Shown in pieces: positions 29,291 to 39,016 of a stretch of DNA of 64,000 nt. The DNA lies in NCBI GenBank assembly GCA_963816185.1, contig CAWFJJ010000025.1, positions 384,001 through 448,000 of the forward strand, in the 5' to 3' direction. The position numbers and the translations under genes are program-made. The notes under the pieces were generated by a model that was given only the letters and a program-made list of their open reading frames with translations, was not told where the DNA came from and made no database searches. The stretch's first letter is position 1, and each line of letters begins with the position of its first letter. Source of the DNA: Thermoanaerobaculia bacterium (GTDB taxonomy: Bacteria; Acidobacteriota; Thermoanaerobaculia; UBA5066).

Positions 29291-30465
29291 AACGGGCCTG
29301 GATCGAGGCGGAGCGCGTCGAGGAGGTCCGCGCCGCCGCCCGCGGCTGGAAGAGAGGCGGCGCGATCGGCGCGGGCACTTTCGACGAAATCCTTCGAAGG
29401 TATCCCGAGCCGAGAGCCTTGCCCGCGCTGCTTTGGCGCGTCCTCGTGTTCGTTTTCGTATCGCTCGCCGTCCTGCTGCTCCTGGGAGCGTTCGCGCTTG
29501 GCGCTCGCGGGGGCGTGAACACCTACACGACTCTCCTCTTCTTTTTCGGGGTCGCCTGTCTCGTCGCGACGGAAGCGCAGGAGAACGCACCGCGCCTTGC
29601 CCTTCGCGGGGGAGCCGGCGCGACCTGCTTCTGGGGAATCGTCTTTTTCCTGGGCGGCCTCTTCCTGCTCCTCGAGGAGACGCTGAAGGTGCGCGAGGAA
29701 AGCGGCGTGACGATCCTCGTTCTGGCCTCTCTCGCCCTCTGGGCGCTCGCCGCGTGGCGCTGGGGCAGCCCCGTATGGGCAGGCTTCGCGGGGATGTCGC
29801 TCTTTCTCCTCCTGACGCGCGCCCCCTTCGGCCGCCTGCTCTGGATCGCCGGCGGCGTCGCGCTGGCGCTCGCCTTCGAGCGTCTTCTCGATCGACCCTC
29901 GTGGTCACCTTCCCGCCGAAGGTGCGCGGCCGTTCTCGTCGTCGTGGGCCTCATGGGCGTGTACGGTGCGGTGAACCTGTACTCGCTCGACCATCGGTTC
30001 GTCGAAAGCCTCGGAAGAGCCGGGCGCGACGCTCCCGGTCCGCGCTTCAGCGAAAGGATCGGGTCGATGGCCCTGACCGCGCTCTTCCCTCTCGCGGTCG
30101 TCGGCTGGGCCATCCGTGCACGCCGGGCTTTCGCGCTCGACGTCGGGCTCGTTCTCTTGGCCCTTTCCCTTGTCACGCTTCGCTTCTATGTCCATCTCGC
30201 GGCCCCGTGGCTCCTCCTGACGCTCGCAGGAGCCGCGCTCTTGCTCGTCGCTCTGGGCGCCAACCGGTGGCTCGCGAGGGGTGGCGGGAGAGAGCGAAAC
30301 GGTTTCACGGGGGAACCTCTCTTCGGGGACGAACGACGGCTTCGCGCGCTCGAGCTGGTGCCCGTCGTCGCCGCTCACGCGCCCGACTCCCGGCCGCCGG
30401 TCGAGCCCGGGTACCAGGGCGGCGGAGGAAGCTTCGGAGGCGGTGGCGCCGGCGGGTCGTACTGA
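29287..30465 (+). CDS. Multi-pass membrane protein with Gly-rich C-terminus
   Basis: ATGA coupling; many hydrophobic segments; GGGGSFGGGGAGGSY tail. Confidence 0.7.
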   Translation: MKRAWIEAERVEEVRAAARGWKRGGAIGAGTFDEILRRYPEPRALPALLWRVLVFVFVSLAVLLLLGAFALGARGGVNTYTTLLFFFGVACLVATEAQENAPRLALRGGAGATCFWGIVFFLGGLFLLLEETLKVREESGVTILVLASLALWALAAWRWGSPVWAGFAGMSLFLLLTRAPFGRLLWIAGGVALALAFERLLDRPSWSPSRRRCAAVLVVVGLMGVYGAVNLYSLDHRFVESLGRAGRDAPGPRFSERIGSMALTALFPLAVVGWAIRARRAFALDVGLVLLALSLVTLRFYVHLAAPWLLLTLAGAALLLVALGANRWLARGGGRERNGFTGEPLFGDERRLRALELVPVVAAHAPDSRPPVEPGYQGGGGSFGGGGAGGSY

Positions 30466-30529
30466 TTCATCTGCTTCGTTTCGTCGAGACGAGTCTCACT
30501 CGAAGATCGACGAGTCAAGGGAGGACGCC

Positions 30530-30790
30530 GTGAACCAGCCCGTCGTCGCCATGCTCAGTCCAACCGAAATGGCGCTCATCCGTCTCCTGCGTGAAAGCTC
30601 GCCGTCGGCGATTCGCGGACGGGTGAAGACGGTCGTCGAGGCGCTTCTCGAAGCGGCGAGAGAGCCGTACTGCCCCGAAAAACCTTGCCCCCACGCGCCG
30701 GGAGAGTGCGACCGCTGCGTGCAGACGCTGCGCGTGCTGGACGGGCTCGAGGCCATGGAGCTTCAGATCCGGGGCCTTCCCGGCGCCTGA
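30530..30790 (+). CDS. Small Cys4 protein
   Basis: GGAGG RBS plus GTG; CPEKPC...CDRC. Confidence 0.5.
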   Translation: MNQPVVAMLSPTEMALIRLLRESSPSAIRGRVKTVVEALLEAAREPYCPEKPCPHAPGECDRCVQTLRVLDGLEAMELQIRGLPGA

Positions 30791-30859
30791 GGCTGCGGTT
30801 CGGGCGCTCTCGGGCGCCGCGGGTTGAGGTACCCTCTCTCATTCGAGCACGGAGGACGC

Positions 30860-32992
30860 ATGCGCTTCTCGTCGCTCCTCGTGGTTCTCGCCATGGCATC
30901 GACCGCCCGCCCCGCCCCCGCCGAGCCCTCCGTCGCCGCCCCCGCGCCGCCGGTCGCCAAGCGTGTCGAGAAAGTCGTCACGCTGCACGGCGAGGCGCGA
31001 TCCGACCCGTACTTCTGGCTGCGCGACAAGCCGAATCCGGACGTCGCCGCCTATCTCGAAGCCGAGAACGCATACACGGCCGCCGTGATGAAGCCGACGG
31101 AGCCCCTGCAGGGCGCTCTGTATTCGGAGATGCTCGCTCACATCAAGGAGACGGACCTCTCCGTCCCGTACCGCGAAGGCGCCTGGCTGTACTACTTCCG
31201 CACCGAGAAAGGGAAGCAGTACCGCATCTACTGCCGGAAAAAGTTCCCGGACGGACCCGAGCAGGTCACGCTCGACCTGAACGAGCTCGCGAAGGGCCAG
31301 AAGTTCATGGCGCTCGGGCGATATGCCGTGAGCGACGACGGAAACCTCCTCGCCTACTCGACGGACATCACGGGGTTCCGCCAGTACACGCTCTTCGTCA
31401 AGGACCTGCGCGCGAACGCCCTCCGGCCCGAGCGCATCGAGAAGACGACCGACGCCGTGTGGGCGGCGGACAACATGACGCTCTTCTACGGAGTTGAGGA
31501 TGCCGCGAAGCGCCCGTATCGCATCTACCGCCACCGCCTTCTCGAACCGCAGAGCGCCGACGTCCTCGTCTACGACGAGAAGGACGAGCGCTTCAGCGCG
31601 TCCGTCGGCAGGACGCGGAGCCGCGCGTGGCTCGTCTTGTCCGCGCACAGCCACACGACCTCCGAGTCCCGCGTTCTGAAGGCCGACACGCCTGTCGGCG
31701 AATGGACGATGGTCGCTCCGCGGGAGCCGGAGCACGAGTACGAGGTCGACCACCGCGGCGACCTCTTCTACATCCGGACGAACTCGGGCGGCCGGAACTT
31801 CCGCCTCGTCACCGCGCCCGTCGCGGCTCCCGGCCGCGCGAACTGGAAGGAGATCGTTCCGCATCGGGCCGACGTGATGCTCGAGGACGTCGACCTCTTC
31901 GCGAACCATCTCGTCCTCCACGAGAGAGCGAACTCTCTTCCGCGCTTCACCGTCACGAATCTCACGACGAACGCTTCGCACGTCATCGCGTTCCCCGAGC
32001 CGGTCTACTCGGCGTTCGGTGAGGCGAACCGAGTCTTCGACACGAACGTCTTCCGGTACGCGTATCAGTCCTTCGTGACGCCGAATTCCGTTTTCGATTA
32101 CGACATGGACGCGAGGACCTCGAAGCTCCTCAAGGAGCAGGAGGTCCCGGGCTACGACCGGACGCTCTACAAGTCGGAGCGACTTTGGGCGACGGCAGCC
32201 GACGGCACGAAGATCCCGATCTCTCTCGTGTGGCGCGCGAAGACGGCCGACGGGAAGACCCGCACGCTGAAGGACGGGCCGTTTCCAACTTGGCTGAACG
32301 GTTACGGCTCGTACGGGATCCCGATCCCCGTCACGTTCTCCTCGAACCGTCTCTCGCTCCTGGACCGGGGAGCGGTCGTCGCGATCGCGCACATCCGCGG
32401 CGGAGGCGAGATGGGAAAGAAGTGGCACGACGACGGCAAGATGCTGAAGAAGAAGAACACGTTCACGGACTTCATCTCGGCCGCCGAGTCTCTCGTCGCG
32501 GAGAAGATCACGGCGAAGGACCGCCTCGTCATCGAGGGCGGGAGCGCGGGCGGCCTCCTCATGGGCGCGGTCACGAACATGCGCCCCGACCTCTTCCACG
32601 CCGTCGTGGCGAGGGTGCCGTTCGTGGACGTCCTCAACACGATGAGCGACCCGACGCTGCCGCTCACGGTGGGTGAGTTCGAGGAATGGGGGAACCCTGC
32701 GAAGAAAGAGGAGTACGAGTACATCAAGGACTACAGCCCTTACGAGAACCTCAGGAAGGGCGCTTATCCGGCCATGCTCGTCATGACGTCGTTCAACGAC
32801 AGCCAGGTCTTCTACCACGAGCCCGCGAAGTACGTGGCGCGACTGAGGACGCTGAAGACCGACGCGAACCCGCTGCTGTTGAAGACGAACATGGCGGCGG
32901 GACACGGAGGTGCCTCGGGTCGTTACGACAACCTCCACGAGGTCGCGTTCGAGTGGGCTTTCGTCCTCGCGCAGATGGGAATCACGAAATAG
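30860..32992 (+). CDS. ptrB: Oligopeptidase B (S9A)
   Basis: DPYFWLR, GYGSYG, HIRGGGEMG, GGSAGG, DSQV, AGHGG. Confidence 0.92.
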   Translation: MRFSSLLVVLAMASTARPAPAEPSVAAPAPPVAKRVEKVVTLHGEARSDPYFWLRDKPNPDVAAYLEAENAYTAAVMKPTEPLQGALYSEMLAHIKETDLSVPYREGAWLYYFRTEKGKQYRIYCRKKFPDGPEQVTLDLNELAKGQKFMALGRYAVSDDGNLLAYSTDITGFRQYTLFVKDLRANALRPERIEKTTDAVWAADNMTLFYGVEDAAKRPYRIYRHRLLEPQSADVLVYDEKDERFSASVGRTRSRAWLVLSAHSHTTSESRVLKADTPVGEWTMVAPREPEHEYEVDHRGDLFYIRTNSGGRNFRLVTAPVAAPGRANWKEIVPHRADVMLEDVDLFANHLVLHERANSLPRFTVTNLTTNASHVIAFPEPVYSAFGEANRVFDTNVFRYAYQSFVTPNSVFDYDMDARTSKLLKEQEVPGYDRTLYKSERLWATAADGTKIPISLVWRAKTADGKTRTLKDGPFPTWLNGYGSYGIPIPVTFSSNRLSLLDRGAVVAIAHIRGGGEMGKKWHDDGKMLKKKNTFTDFISAAESLVAEKITAKDRLVIEGGSAGGLLMGAVTNMRPDLFHAVVARVPFVDVLNTMSDPTLPLTVGEFEEWGNPAKKEEYEYIKDYSPYENLRKGAYPAMLVMTSFNDSQVFYHEPAKYVARLRTLKTDANPLLLKTNMAAGHGGASGRYDNLHEVAFEWAFVLAQMGITK

Positions 32993-33007
32993 AAGGCATC
33001 GAGGGAC

Positions 33008-34300
33008 GTGCAGCCTCGAGCAGGGGAAGGGAGGCCGGCGCATCTTCGCCGGGCGGTGGCGCTCGCCGCCGTGTTCCTCGCCGGCTGCGGAGCGCCGCCT
33101 CCGGCGCCTGTCCGCGTACCAGAGGCGCCGCTTGCAAGGCGGCCGCGGGCACCGGCGAAAGGCGCCGCATGTCGCGAGCTGCGAGGCGTGTGGGTCGCGA
33201 CGGTCGGGAATCTCGACTGGCCTTCGGCGCCGGGCCTTTCCGCGTCCCGGCAGAAGCAGGAGCTCGTCACCCTTCTCGACGTCCTGGCGGCGCTGAACGC
33301 GAACGCGGTGATCTTCCAGGTCCGGGCTGCCGCCGACGCGCTCTATCCGTCCGCGCTCGAGCCGTGGTCCGAGGTGCTGAGCGGCACGCAGGGCGTCCCG
33401 CCCGAGCCTCTCTGGGATCCGCTCGCTTTCGCGATCGAGAGTGCGCATGCGCGCGGGCTGGAGCTTCACGCGTGGTTCAACCCGTATCGCGCGCGCTCCG
33501 CGACTTCGATCTCGCCCGCGGCGGCGGATCACATCTCGCGACGGCGGCCCGACCTCGTGAAGGCTTACGGGAAGCAGCTCTGGATGGACCCGGGCGAGGA
33601 GGACGTCGCGGCTCGCTCGCTCGCGGTGATCCTCGACGTCGTCAGGCGTTACGACGTGGACGGCATCCACCTCGACGACTACTTCTACCCGTATCCCGAG
33701 AAGGACGCGGCCGGAAACGTCGTGGAGTTCCCGGATGAGCCGAGCTTCACGAGGTATGTCGCCTCGGGCGGCGCCCTCGGGCGTGAGGACTGGCGCCGCT
33801 GGAACGTGAACAGGTTCGTGAAGCGCCTCCACGACGAGGTGAAGGCCGTGAAGCAGAACGTGCGCGTGGGCATCAGCCCCTTTGGCATCTGGCGGCCGGG
33901 GCGCCCGGCCCAGGTGAAGGGTTTCGACGCGTACGAGGAGATCTCGGCCGACGCGCGGACGTGGCTCCAGCGCGGCTGGGTGGACTACCTCGCCCCGCAG
34001 CTCTACTGGCCCATCGACCAGAGGGAGCAGAGCTTTCCCGCGCTCCTCGCGTGGTGGGCCGGGCAGAACACGGCGGGAAGGTTCCTCTGGCCGGGCCTGG
34101 CGGCGAGCCGCGTAGGCGAGAACGGGAAGGGCTGGCCGGCGGGGGAGATCGCCGAGCAGATCCGCCGCGCCCGGGCGCAGCCCGGCGTCACGGGGCATAT
34201 TCTCTTTTCCGCTCGCGCGCTCCTCGAGAACCGGGCGGGAATCGCGACGGAGCTGAAAAAGGACGTCTGGGCCGAGCCCGCGGAGCTGCCCGAGAGATGA
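33008..34300 (+). CDS. GHL10 / YddW(DigH)-like glycoside hydrolase lipoprotein
   Basis: LAGC lipobox; ELRGVWVATV.NLDWP, LELHAWFNPYR, DGIHLDDYFYP, PQLYW. Confidence 0.88.
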   Translation: MQPRAGEGRPAHLRRAVALAAVFLAGCGAPPPAPVRVPEAPLARRPRAPAKGAACRELRGVWVATVGNLDWPSAPGLSASRQKQELVTLLDVLAALNANAVIFQVRAAADALYPSALEPWSEVLSGTQGVPPEPLWDPLAFAIESAHARGLELHAWFNPYRARSATSISPAAADHISRRRPDLVKAYGKQLWMDPGEEDVAARSLAVILDVVRRYDVDGIHLDDYFYPYPEKDAAGNVVEFPDEPSFTRYVASGGALGREDWRRWNVNRFVKRLHDEVKAVKQNVRVGISPFGIWRPGRPAQVKGFDAYEEISADARTWLQRGWVDYLAPQLYWPIDQREQSFPALLAWWAGQNTAGRFLWPGLAASRVGENGKGWPAGEIAEQIRRARAQPGVTGHILFSARALLENRAGIATELKKDVWAEPAELPER

Positions 34301-34301
34301 G

Positions 34302-35573
34302 CTATTTCGGCGCGGCTTCCGTCAGGACGCGCGCGCCGGCTTCCGTCACGAGGACGTCGTCCTCGATGCGGATGCCGAGCCCGCGGTACTCTTTCGGAAC
34401 GCCCTTCTCGTCGGCGCGCACGTAAAGGCCGGGCTCCACCGTGAGCACCATTCCGGGCTCGAGCTTCCGCGCGGCGCCCGCCTCGTCGCGATAGCGGCCC
34501 CGGTCGTGGACGTCGAGGCCGAGCCAGTGCGACGTGTGGTGCAGCGCAAAGCGCTGGGCGGCGTTCTTCTTCTTCAATGCCGGGCGCCGGCCACGCAGGA
34601 TCCCGGCGTCGAGAAGAGCGTCGAGGAGGACCTCGCGGGCCGCCTCGTGCGGCGCGTCCCAGGCCGCGCCGGGTCTGACGGCCGCGATCGCGGCGCGCTG
34701 GGCCGCCAGGACCGCGTCGTAGAGCCGGCGCTGCGGCCGCGTGAAACGACCCGAAGCCGGAAACGTGCGCGTCACGTCGGACGCGTATCCCTCCAGCTCG
34801 CAGCCAGCGTCCACGAGGACGAGGTCGCCCGCACCGATGCGCCGCCGGTTCTCCGTGTAATGGAGAATCGTCGCGTTCTCTCCCGAGGCGACGATCGTGG
34901 GATAGGCGGGCCCGCTGGCGCCCATCGCCCGGAAGCGCGAGTCGATCGCAGCTTCGAGCTGGTATTCGAAGAGACCGGGCTTCGCGCGGCGACGCGCTTC
35001 GCGGTGCGCGGCCGCTGCGATGGCCGCGGAGCGGTCCATGAGCGCAATCTCTTCCGGCGCCTTCACGAGGCGCATCGCGTGGAGAAGATCCGTCGGATCC
35101 ATCACGGTCGCCGGCCCGCGCTTCGGGTTCCGGGCCTCGCGGCGGAATCGTGCGAGAAGGGACGCGATGATCCGGTCGCCGTCGGCATGGGCGCCGAAGG
35201 CGTAGTGGAGAACACGCGCGCGCCGGATGAGATCGGGGAGTCGTCTCGAAAGCTCCGCGCACGGGTACGCGCGATCCGCGCCGTGATCGCGCACGGCGCC
35301 CTCGGGACCACTGCGGCGGCCTTCCCACGTCTCCCTCGCTCGGTCCTTCGGCCTGAGGAACAGCGTGAACGTCTTGCGGTCCGCGTCGAGGACCGCCGCG
35401 GCTTCGGGCTCGGGGAATCCCGTCAGATAAAAGAGGTCCGGATCCGGGCGATAGCGATAGTGGACATCGTGGCCGTACGCGGCCTCGGGCGTCGCGAAGA
35501 GGACCGCGACCCCCTCCTTCATCCCGTCGAAAAAGCGAGTCCGACGCCGCGCGAAGACCGAAGAACGGCTCAT
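34302..35573 (-). CDS. pepP: Xaa-Pro aminopeptidase
   Basis: YLTGFPEP, ILHY, DAG, YASDVTRT, HWLGLDVHD, TVEPG, GIRIEDD. Confidence 0.92.
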   Translation of the reverse strand: MSRSSVFARRRTRFFDGMKEGVAVLFATPEAAYGHDVHYRYRPDPDLFYLTGFPEPEAAAVLDADRKTFTLFLRPKDRARETWEGRRSGPEGAVRDHGADRAYPCAELSRRLPDLIRRARVLHYAFGAHADGDRIIASLLARFRREARNPKRGPATVMDPTDLLHAMRLVKAPEEIALMDRSAAIAAAAHREARRRAKPGLFEYQLEAAIDSRFRAMGASGPAYPTIVASGENATILHYTENRRRIGAGDLVLVDAGCELEGYASDVTRTFPASGRFTRPQRRLYDAVLAAQRAAIAAVRPGAAWDAPHEAAREVLLDALLDAGILRGRRPALKKKNAAQRFALHHTSHWLGLDVHDRGRYRDEAGAARKLEPGMVLTVEPGLYVRADEKGVPKEYRGLGIRIEDDVLVTEAGARVLTEAAPK

Positions 35574-35626
35574 GGCGGGAGTCTAACCGTGAGGAGCCCA
35601 GCGGCGGTTCATGCGACGATGGCGGC

Positions 35627-36556
35627 ATGAAGACCGGTCCTGCCGCGGACGCCGAGGGAAGCCTCCGCATCGTCCGCCGCCTCCAGACGATCTATCCCGA
35701 AGAGTCCGCGACGCGCCTGAAGCGCGCGGTGCTCGAGGGCCAGGTCACGGTCGACGGGGCGGTCGTGAACGACCCCGGAGCGATCGTCTCGCGGGATGTG
35801 GCGCTCCGGTGGGATCGCAATCTCCGAAAGGAGCGGCGCGTCGCGACGTCGCTCACGGTTCTTTACGAGGATGACGACGCGATCGCGGTCTTCAAGCCGT
35901 CCGGCCTCCTCACTCACCCGACCGAGGCGAAGGAGCTCGACACGCTGCTCGGCCGCGTCTCTCAGTACGTGCAGAGGCGCCACGGGGGAAAGGAGCGAAC
36001 GTTCGTGTCCGTCGTGCACCGGCTCGACAAGGAGACGTCCGGCATTCTCGTGTTCGCCCGGAGCCGGCGCGGTCTCATCGGGCTCCAGGCGCAGCTCCGC
36101 GCGCACACGATGGACCGGCGCTACCGCGCCCTCGTCGAAGGAGACCTCACGGGTGACGCGGGAACGTTCGATCGCGACCTCGTCGAGGATCGCGGAGACC
36201 GCCGCCGCGGCGTCGCGAAGCCGGGCGAGGCGGGTATTCGTGCCGTGACGGAATGGACCGTGCTGGAGCGATTCGGCCTCGCAACTCTCGTCGAGGCGCG
36301 CCTCAAGACGGGGCGCACGCACCAGATCCGCGTTCACTTCGCGAGCGCGGGTCATCCGCTCGTGGGAGACCCGGTCTATCGCGATCCGAAAAAGCCGCCA
36401 TTTCCCGTGTCCTTCCCGCGCCAGGCGCTCCACGCGGGGCACCTCGGCTGGACGACGGCGGAAGGGAAGAAGGTCTCGCTCGACGCGGACCCTCCGGCGG
36501 ACTTTCTCAAGCTGCTGGAGGAGTTGAGGAAGAGAAAGAAAAAGAAGAGTAATTAG
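35627..36556 (+). CDS. RluA/RluD family pseudouridine synthase
   Basis: S4-like N-terminus, KPSGL, HRLDKETSG, TGRTHQIRVH, QALHA. Confidence 0.92.
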   Translation: MKTGPAADAEGSLRIVRRLQTIYPEESATRLKRAVLEGQVTVDGAVVNDPGAIVSRDVALRWDRNLRKERRVATSLTVLYEDDDAIAVFKPSGLLTHPTEAKELDTLLGRVSQYVQRRHGGKERTFVSVVHRLDKETSGILVFARSRRGLIGLQAQLRAHTMDRRYRALVEGDLTGDAGTFDRDLVEDRGDRRRGVAKPGEAGIRAVTEWTVLERFGLATLVEARLKTGRTHQIRVHFASAGHPLVGDPVYRDPKKPPFPVSFPRQALHAGHLGWTTAEGKKVSLDADPPADFLKLLEELRKRKKKKSN

Positions 36557-36760
36557 TTTCTGCTATCGATGGCCGCATTCGCGGCCATCGGAAGAAGAAC
36601 GTATTGCCGGGCGCCAGACTGTCAAGGACGCGCTGCGCGCGCCGCGAAGCGGTCGAAGATCCTTGACAGCGTGCGCCCGGCCCCAGATTCATTCCCCGGC
36701 GGCGGCGAAATGCCGCCGCCGATAGCAGAAAACTCTCTCTTCTCTTTTCTTTATTCTTTC
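36535..36760. repeat. ~225-bp imperfect palindrome (REPIN/MITE-like) between convergent genes
   Basis: TTTCTGCTATCG 36557-36568 / CGATAGCAGAAA 36720-36731; CTGTCAAGGA 36619-36628 / TCCTTGACAG 36660-36669; internal hairpins with compensatory changes. Confidence 0.7.
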
Positions 36761-37404
36761 TACTCGAGCACGACGATCACGACGCGGCGGTTCTGGGAGC
36801 GGCCCTTCGCGGTCTTGTTGGTCGCGACGGGCTCCGTGTCTCCGTACGAGATCGTGGAGATGCGGCCGAGAGGGAGCTTGTGCTGGCGTGCGAGGTACCG
36901 GCGGACCGCCTCGGCGCGCTGCTGGCCGAGCTGGTCGTTGTAGTCCGTGCCGCCCGTATCGTCTGTGTGCCCCTGGATCTCGAGGTAGACGCCTTTGTCC
37001 AGACCCTTGATCTTGGTTGCGAACTCGTCCAGCGCCGACTTGGCGTCCTTCGTGAGATCGAACGAGTTGATCTTGAAGTGCACGCGGTCTTCCGAGAAGG
37101 ATTGCTGGAAGACGATCTTGCCTTTCGCGAGGACGCCCGCCTCCTGCGCGCGCTGCAGCGCCTCCTTGGCGGACTGGCTGATCTGCTCGATCTGCTTGCC
37201 CTGGTCGGCGACAGTGCCCTCGGTCGTCTTCTGCTTCTCCTGTATGTCCTCGAACTGCGTCTCGACCGACTCGATCTTCTTGTCGGTCTTCGCCTGTGAC
37301 TCGGCGATCTTCTTGTCGACGTCCGACGTCGTCGCGCAGCCGGCGAGAGCGAGCCCGACGGCCGCGAGGAGAAGGGGAACGGGAACCGGATTGCGTTTCG
37401 TCAT
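36760..37404 (-). CDS. OmpA family lipoprotein
   Basis: LAGC lipobox; IQGHTD, YNDQLGQQRA, ISYG, NRRV. Confidence 0.9.
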   Translation of the reverse strand: MTKRNPVPVPLLLAAVGLALAGCATTSDVDKKIAESQAKTDKKIESVETQFEDIQEKQKTTEGTVADQGKQIEQISQSAKEALQRAQEAGVLAKGKIVFQQSFSEDRVHFKINSFDLTKDAKSALDEFATKIKGLDKGVYLEIQGHTDDTGGTDYNDQLGQQRAEAVRRYLARQHKLPLGRISTISYGDTEPVATNKTAKGRSQNRRVVIVVLE

Positions 37405-37427
37405 GAAAATCCTCCTGTGCATGGTGA

Positions 37428-38390
37428 TTAGCCCTTGGCGGGCGGAGATGGTCCCCGGTATCCCGCGCGGACGCGGATCGCCCGGAGCGGACCGGAGAGC
37501 CGGAGTGAAATGCGGTGAAAACGGGACGGCCCCGTGCTCCCGGCCGAGAACCCGACGAGGTATTGGGCGCGGAGATCCTTTTGGATGAGCCGGACGGCGT
37601 CGGGGAGACGCGACGGATCGTCCACGATGGAAAGGCGGCCCCCCGTGATACGCGCGATGTGCCCCAGGATCTCGAGATTCAGGAGCCCCTCGGCGGTTTG
37701 CCCCGGCGGCGGAGAAACGGGGCTGCCCGGCGCACGCAGGCCGATCGGGTACACGGGCACGTCGACTCCTTCGAGAAGCGCGGCAAGCTCGTCGCGGGTC
37801 AGAGCAGACGCGTTGTCGATGCCGTCCGTGAGAAGGATGATCGCGCGGGAGCCGTTCTTCCCGAGAAGCGACTTGTCGGGCATCTTCGCGAGCGCGTCGA
37901 AGAACGCGGTCTTCCCGAAGGGCTTCACTTCGTCCACGGCGGCGACGAGGCGCGTCGTGTCCTCCGTGAACGGAACGGTCTCTCGGACGGCGCCCTCGGA
38001 AAAGACGAAGAGCGAGAAGTCGTCGCCGCGGACCTTCTGGTTGACGAGGGCGCGCACGGCGGCGCGGGCGCCCGCGAATTTTCCCGCGAGCCCCATCGAG
38101 CCCGAGCCGTCCAGGAGAATCGTGAACGAGACCGGCGCGTCGTCGTTGTGCGCGAAGAGGTCGGTCTTCACAGGCACGCCGTCCACGAGGAGCGTGACGT
38201 CCCGCGCGCGCAAATCCCGTACGGGCAGACCCCGGAGGTTCGTCACGGTGAACGGCACGAGGACGTATCCGACTTCGACCGAAGTCGTCGCCTTGACGGG
38301 TGCTCCGGGACGAGACTCGGTTCCCTCGGCCCTCGTCAGGGCCGCGGCGAAGAGCACGGGGGCGAGGGCAAGCCGTTGCAGGCGTGTCAT
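37428..38390 (-). CDS. VWA domain protein (acidobacterial VWFA-related)
   Basis: DGSGSM, TAFFDA, LLTDGIDN, TGGR, LRAQYLVGF. Confidence 0.82.
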   Translation of the reverse strand: MTRLQRLALAPVLFAAALTRAEGTESRPGAPVKATTSVEVGYVLVPFTVTNLRGLPVRDLRARDVTLLVDGVPVKTDLFAHNDDAPVSFTILLDGSGSMGLAGKFAGARAAVRALVNQKVRGDDFSLFVFSEGAVRETVPFTEDTTRLVAAVDEVKPFGKTAFFDALAKMPDKSLLGKNGSRAIILLTDGIDNASALTRDELAALLEGVDVPVYPIGLRAPGSPVSPPPGQTAEGLLNLEILGHIARITGGRLSIVDDPSRLPDAVRLIQKDLRAQYLVGFSAGSTGPSRFHRISLRLSGPLRAIRVRAGYRGPSPPAKG

Positions 38391-38486
38391 TTCGTCGTGA
38401 GGCACGAACTCAACCAGGGAGTGTCGGCCTCTTTCGGCGAAATCACAGCAAACGTGCCGCCAGTCACAGTCTAAAATCTACAAGAC

Positions 38487-38502
38487 TGTGATCTACATCA
38501 CA
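38487..38502. promoter_or_regulatory. CRP/FNR-family binding site
   Basis: TGTGA-TCTACA-TCACA in an AT-rich intergenic region upstream of the VWA-ompA pair. Confidence 0.6.
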
Positions 38503-38510
38503 GAAAGGCG

Positions 38511-38924
38511 TCAGATCAACTCGGCCTGCGCGAAAAAGAACGTGATCTCACGCGCAGCGTCTGCGGCATTCGCGGAGCCATGGGCCGCATTGCGCTCGAT
38601 GGACTTGCCGAATTCCTTTCGAATCGTGCCGGCGTCGGCCTTCGCAGGATCCGTCGCGCCCATGACGGAGCGCCAGTGCGCGACGCCGTTCTCGCGCTCG
38701 AGGACGGCGACGTAAACCGGACCGGAGATCATGTACGCGACGAGGGAGGCGAAGAAACCCTTGCCGCGGTGCTCGCCGTAGAAGGACTCGGCTTCCGTCT
38801 TCGAGATGCGATGCCGCTTGAACGCGACGACGCGAAAACCCTCGGCCTCGATGCGCGTGAGGATCTTCCCCGCGTTTTTCGACTCGACGGCATCCGGCTT
38901 GATGATGGCGAACGTCTTTTCCAT
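38511..38924 (-). CDS. ndk: Nucleoside diphosphate kinase
   Basis: TFAIIKPD, FYGEH, GATDP, GTIR, NAAHGS. Confidence 0.96.
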   Translation of the reverse strand: MEKTFAIIKPDAVESKNAGKILTRIEAEGFRVVAFKRHRISKTEAESFYGEHRGKGFFASLVAYMISGPVYVAVLERENGVAHWRSVMGATDPAKADAGTIRKEFGKSIERNAAHGSANAADAAREITFFFAQAELI

Positions 38925-39016
38925 GCGGCCGCGGAGTATACGCGGCCCGCGGCGCGTTGCCGCCGCACGCACCCGAGGCAGATCGGGGTGTAACCAGAGC
39001 GACGCCAGGGTCGCGC

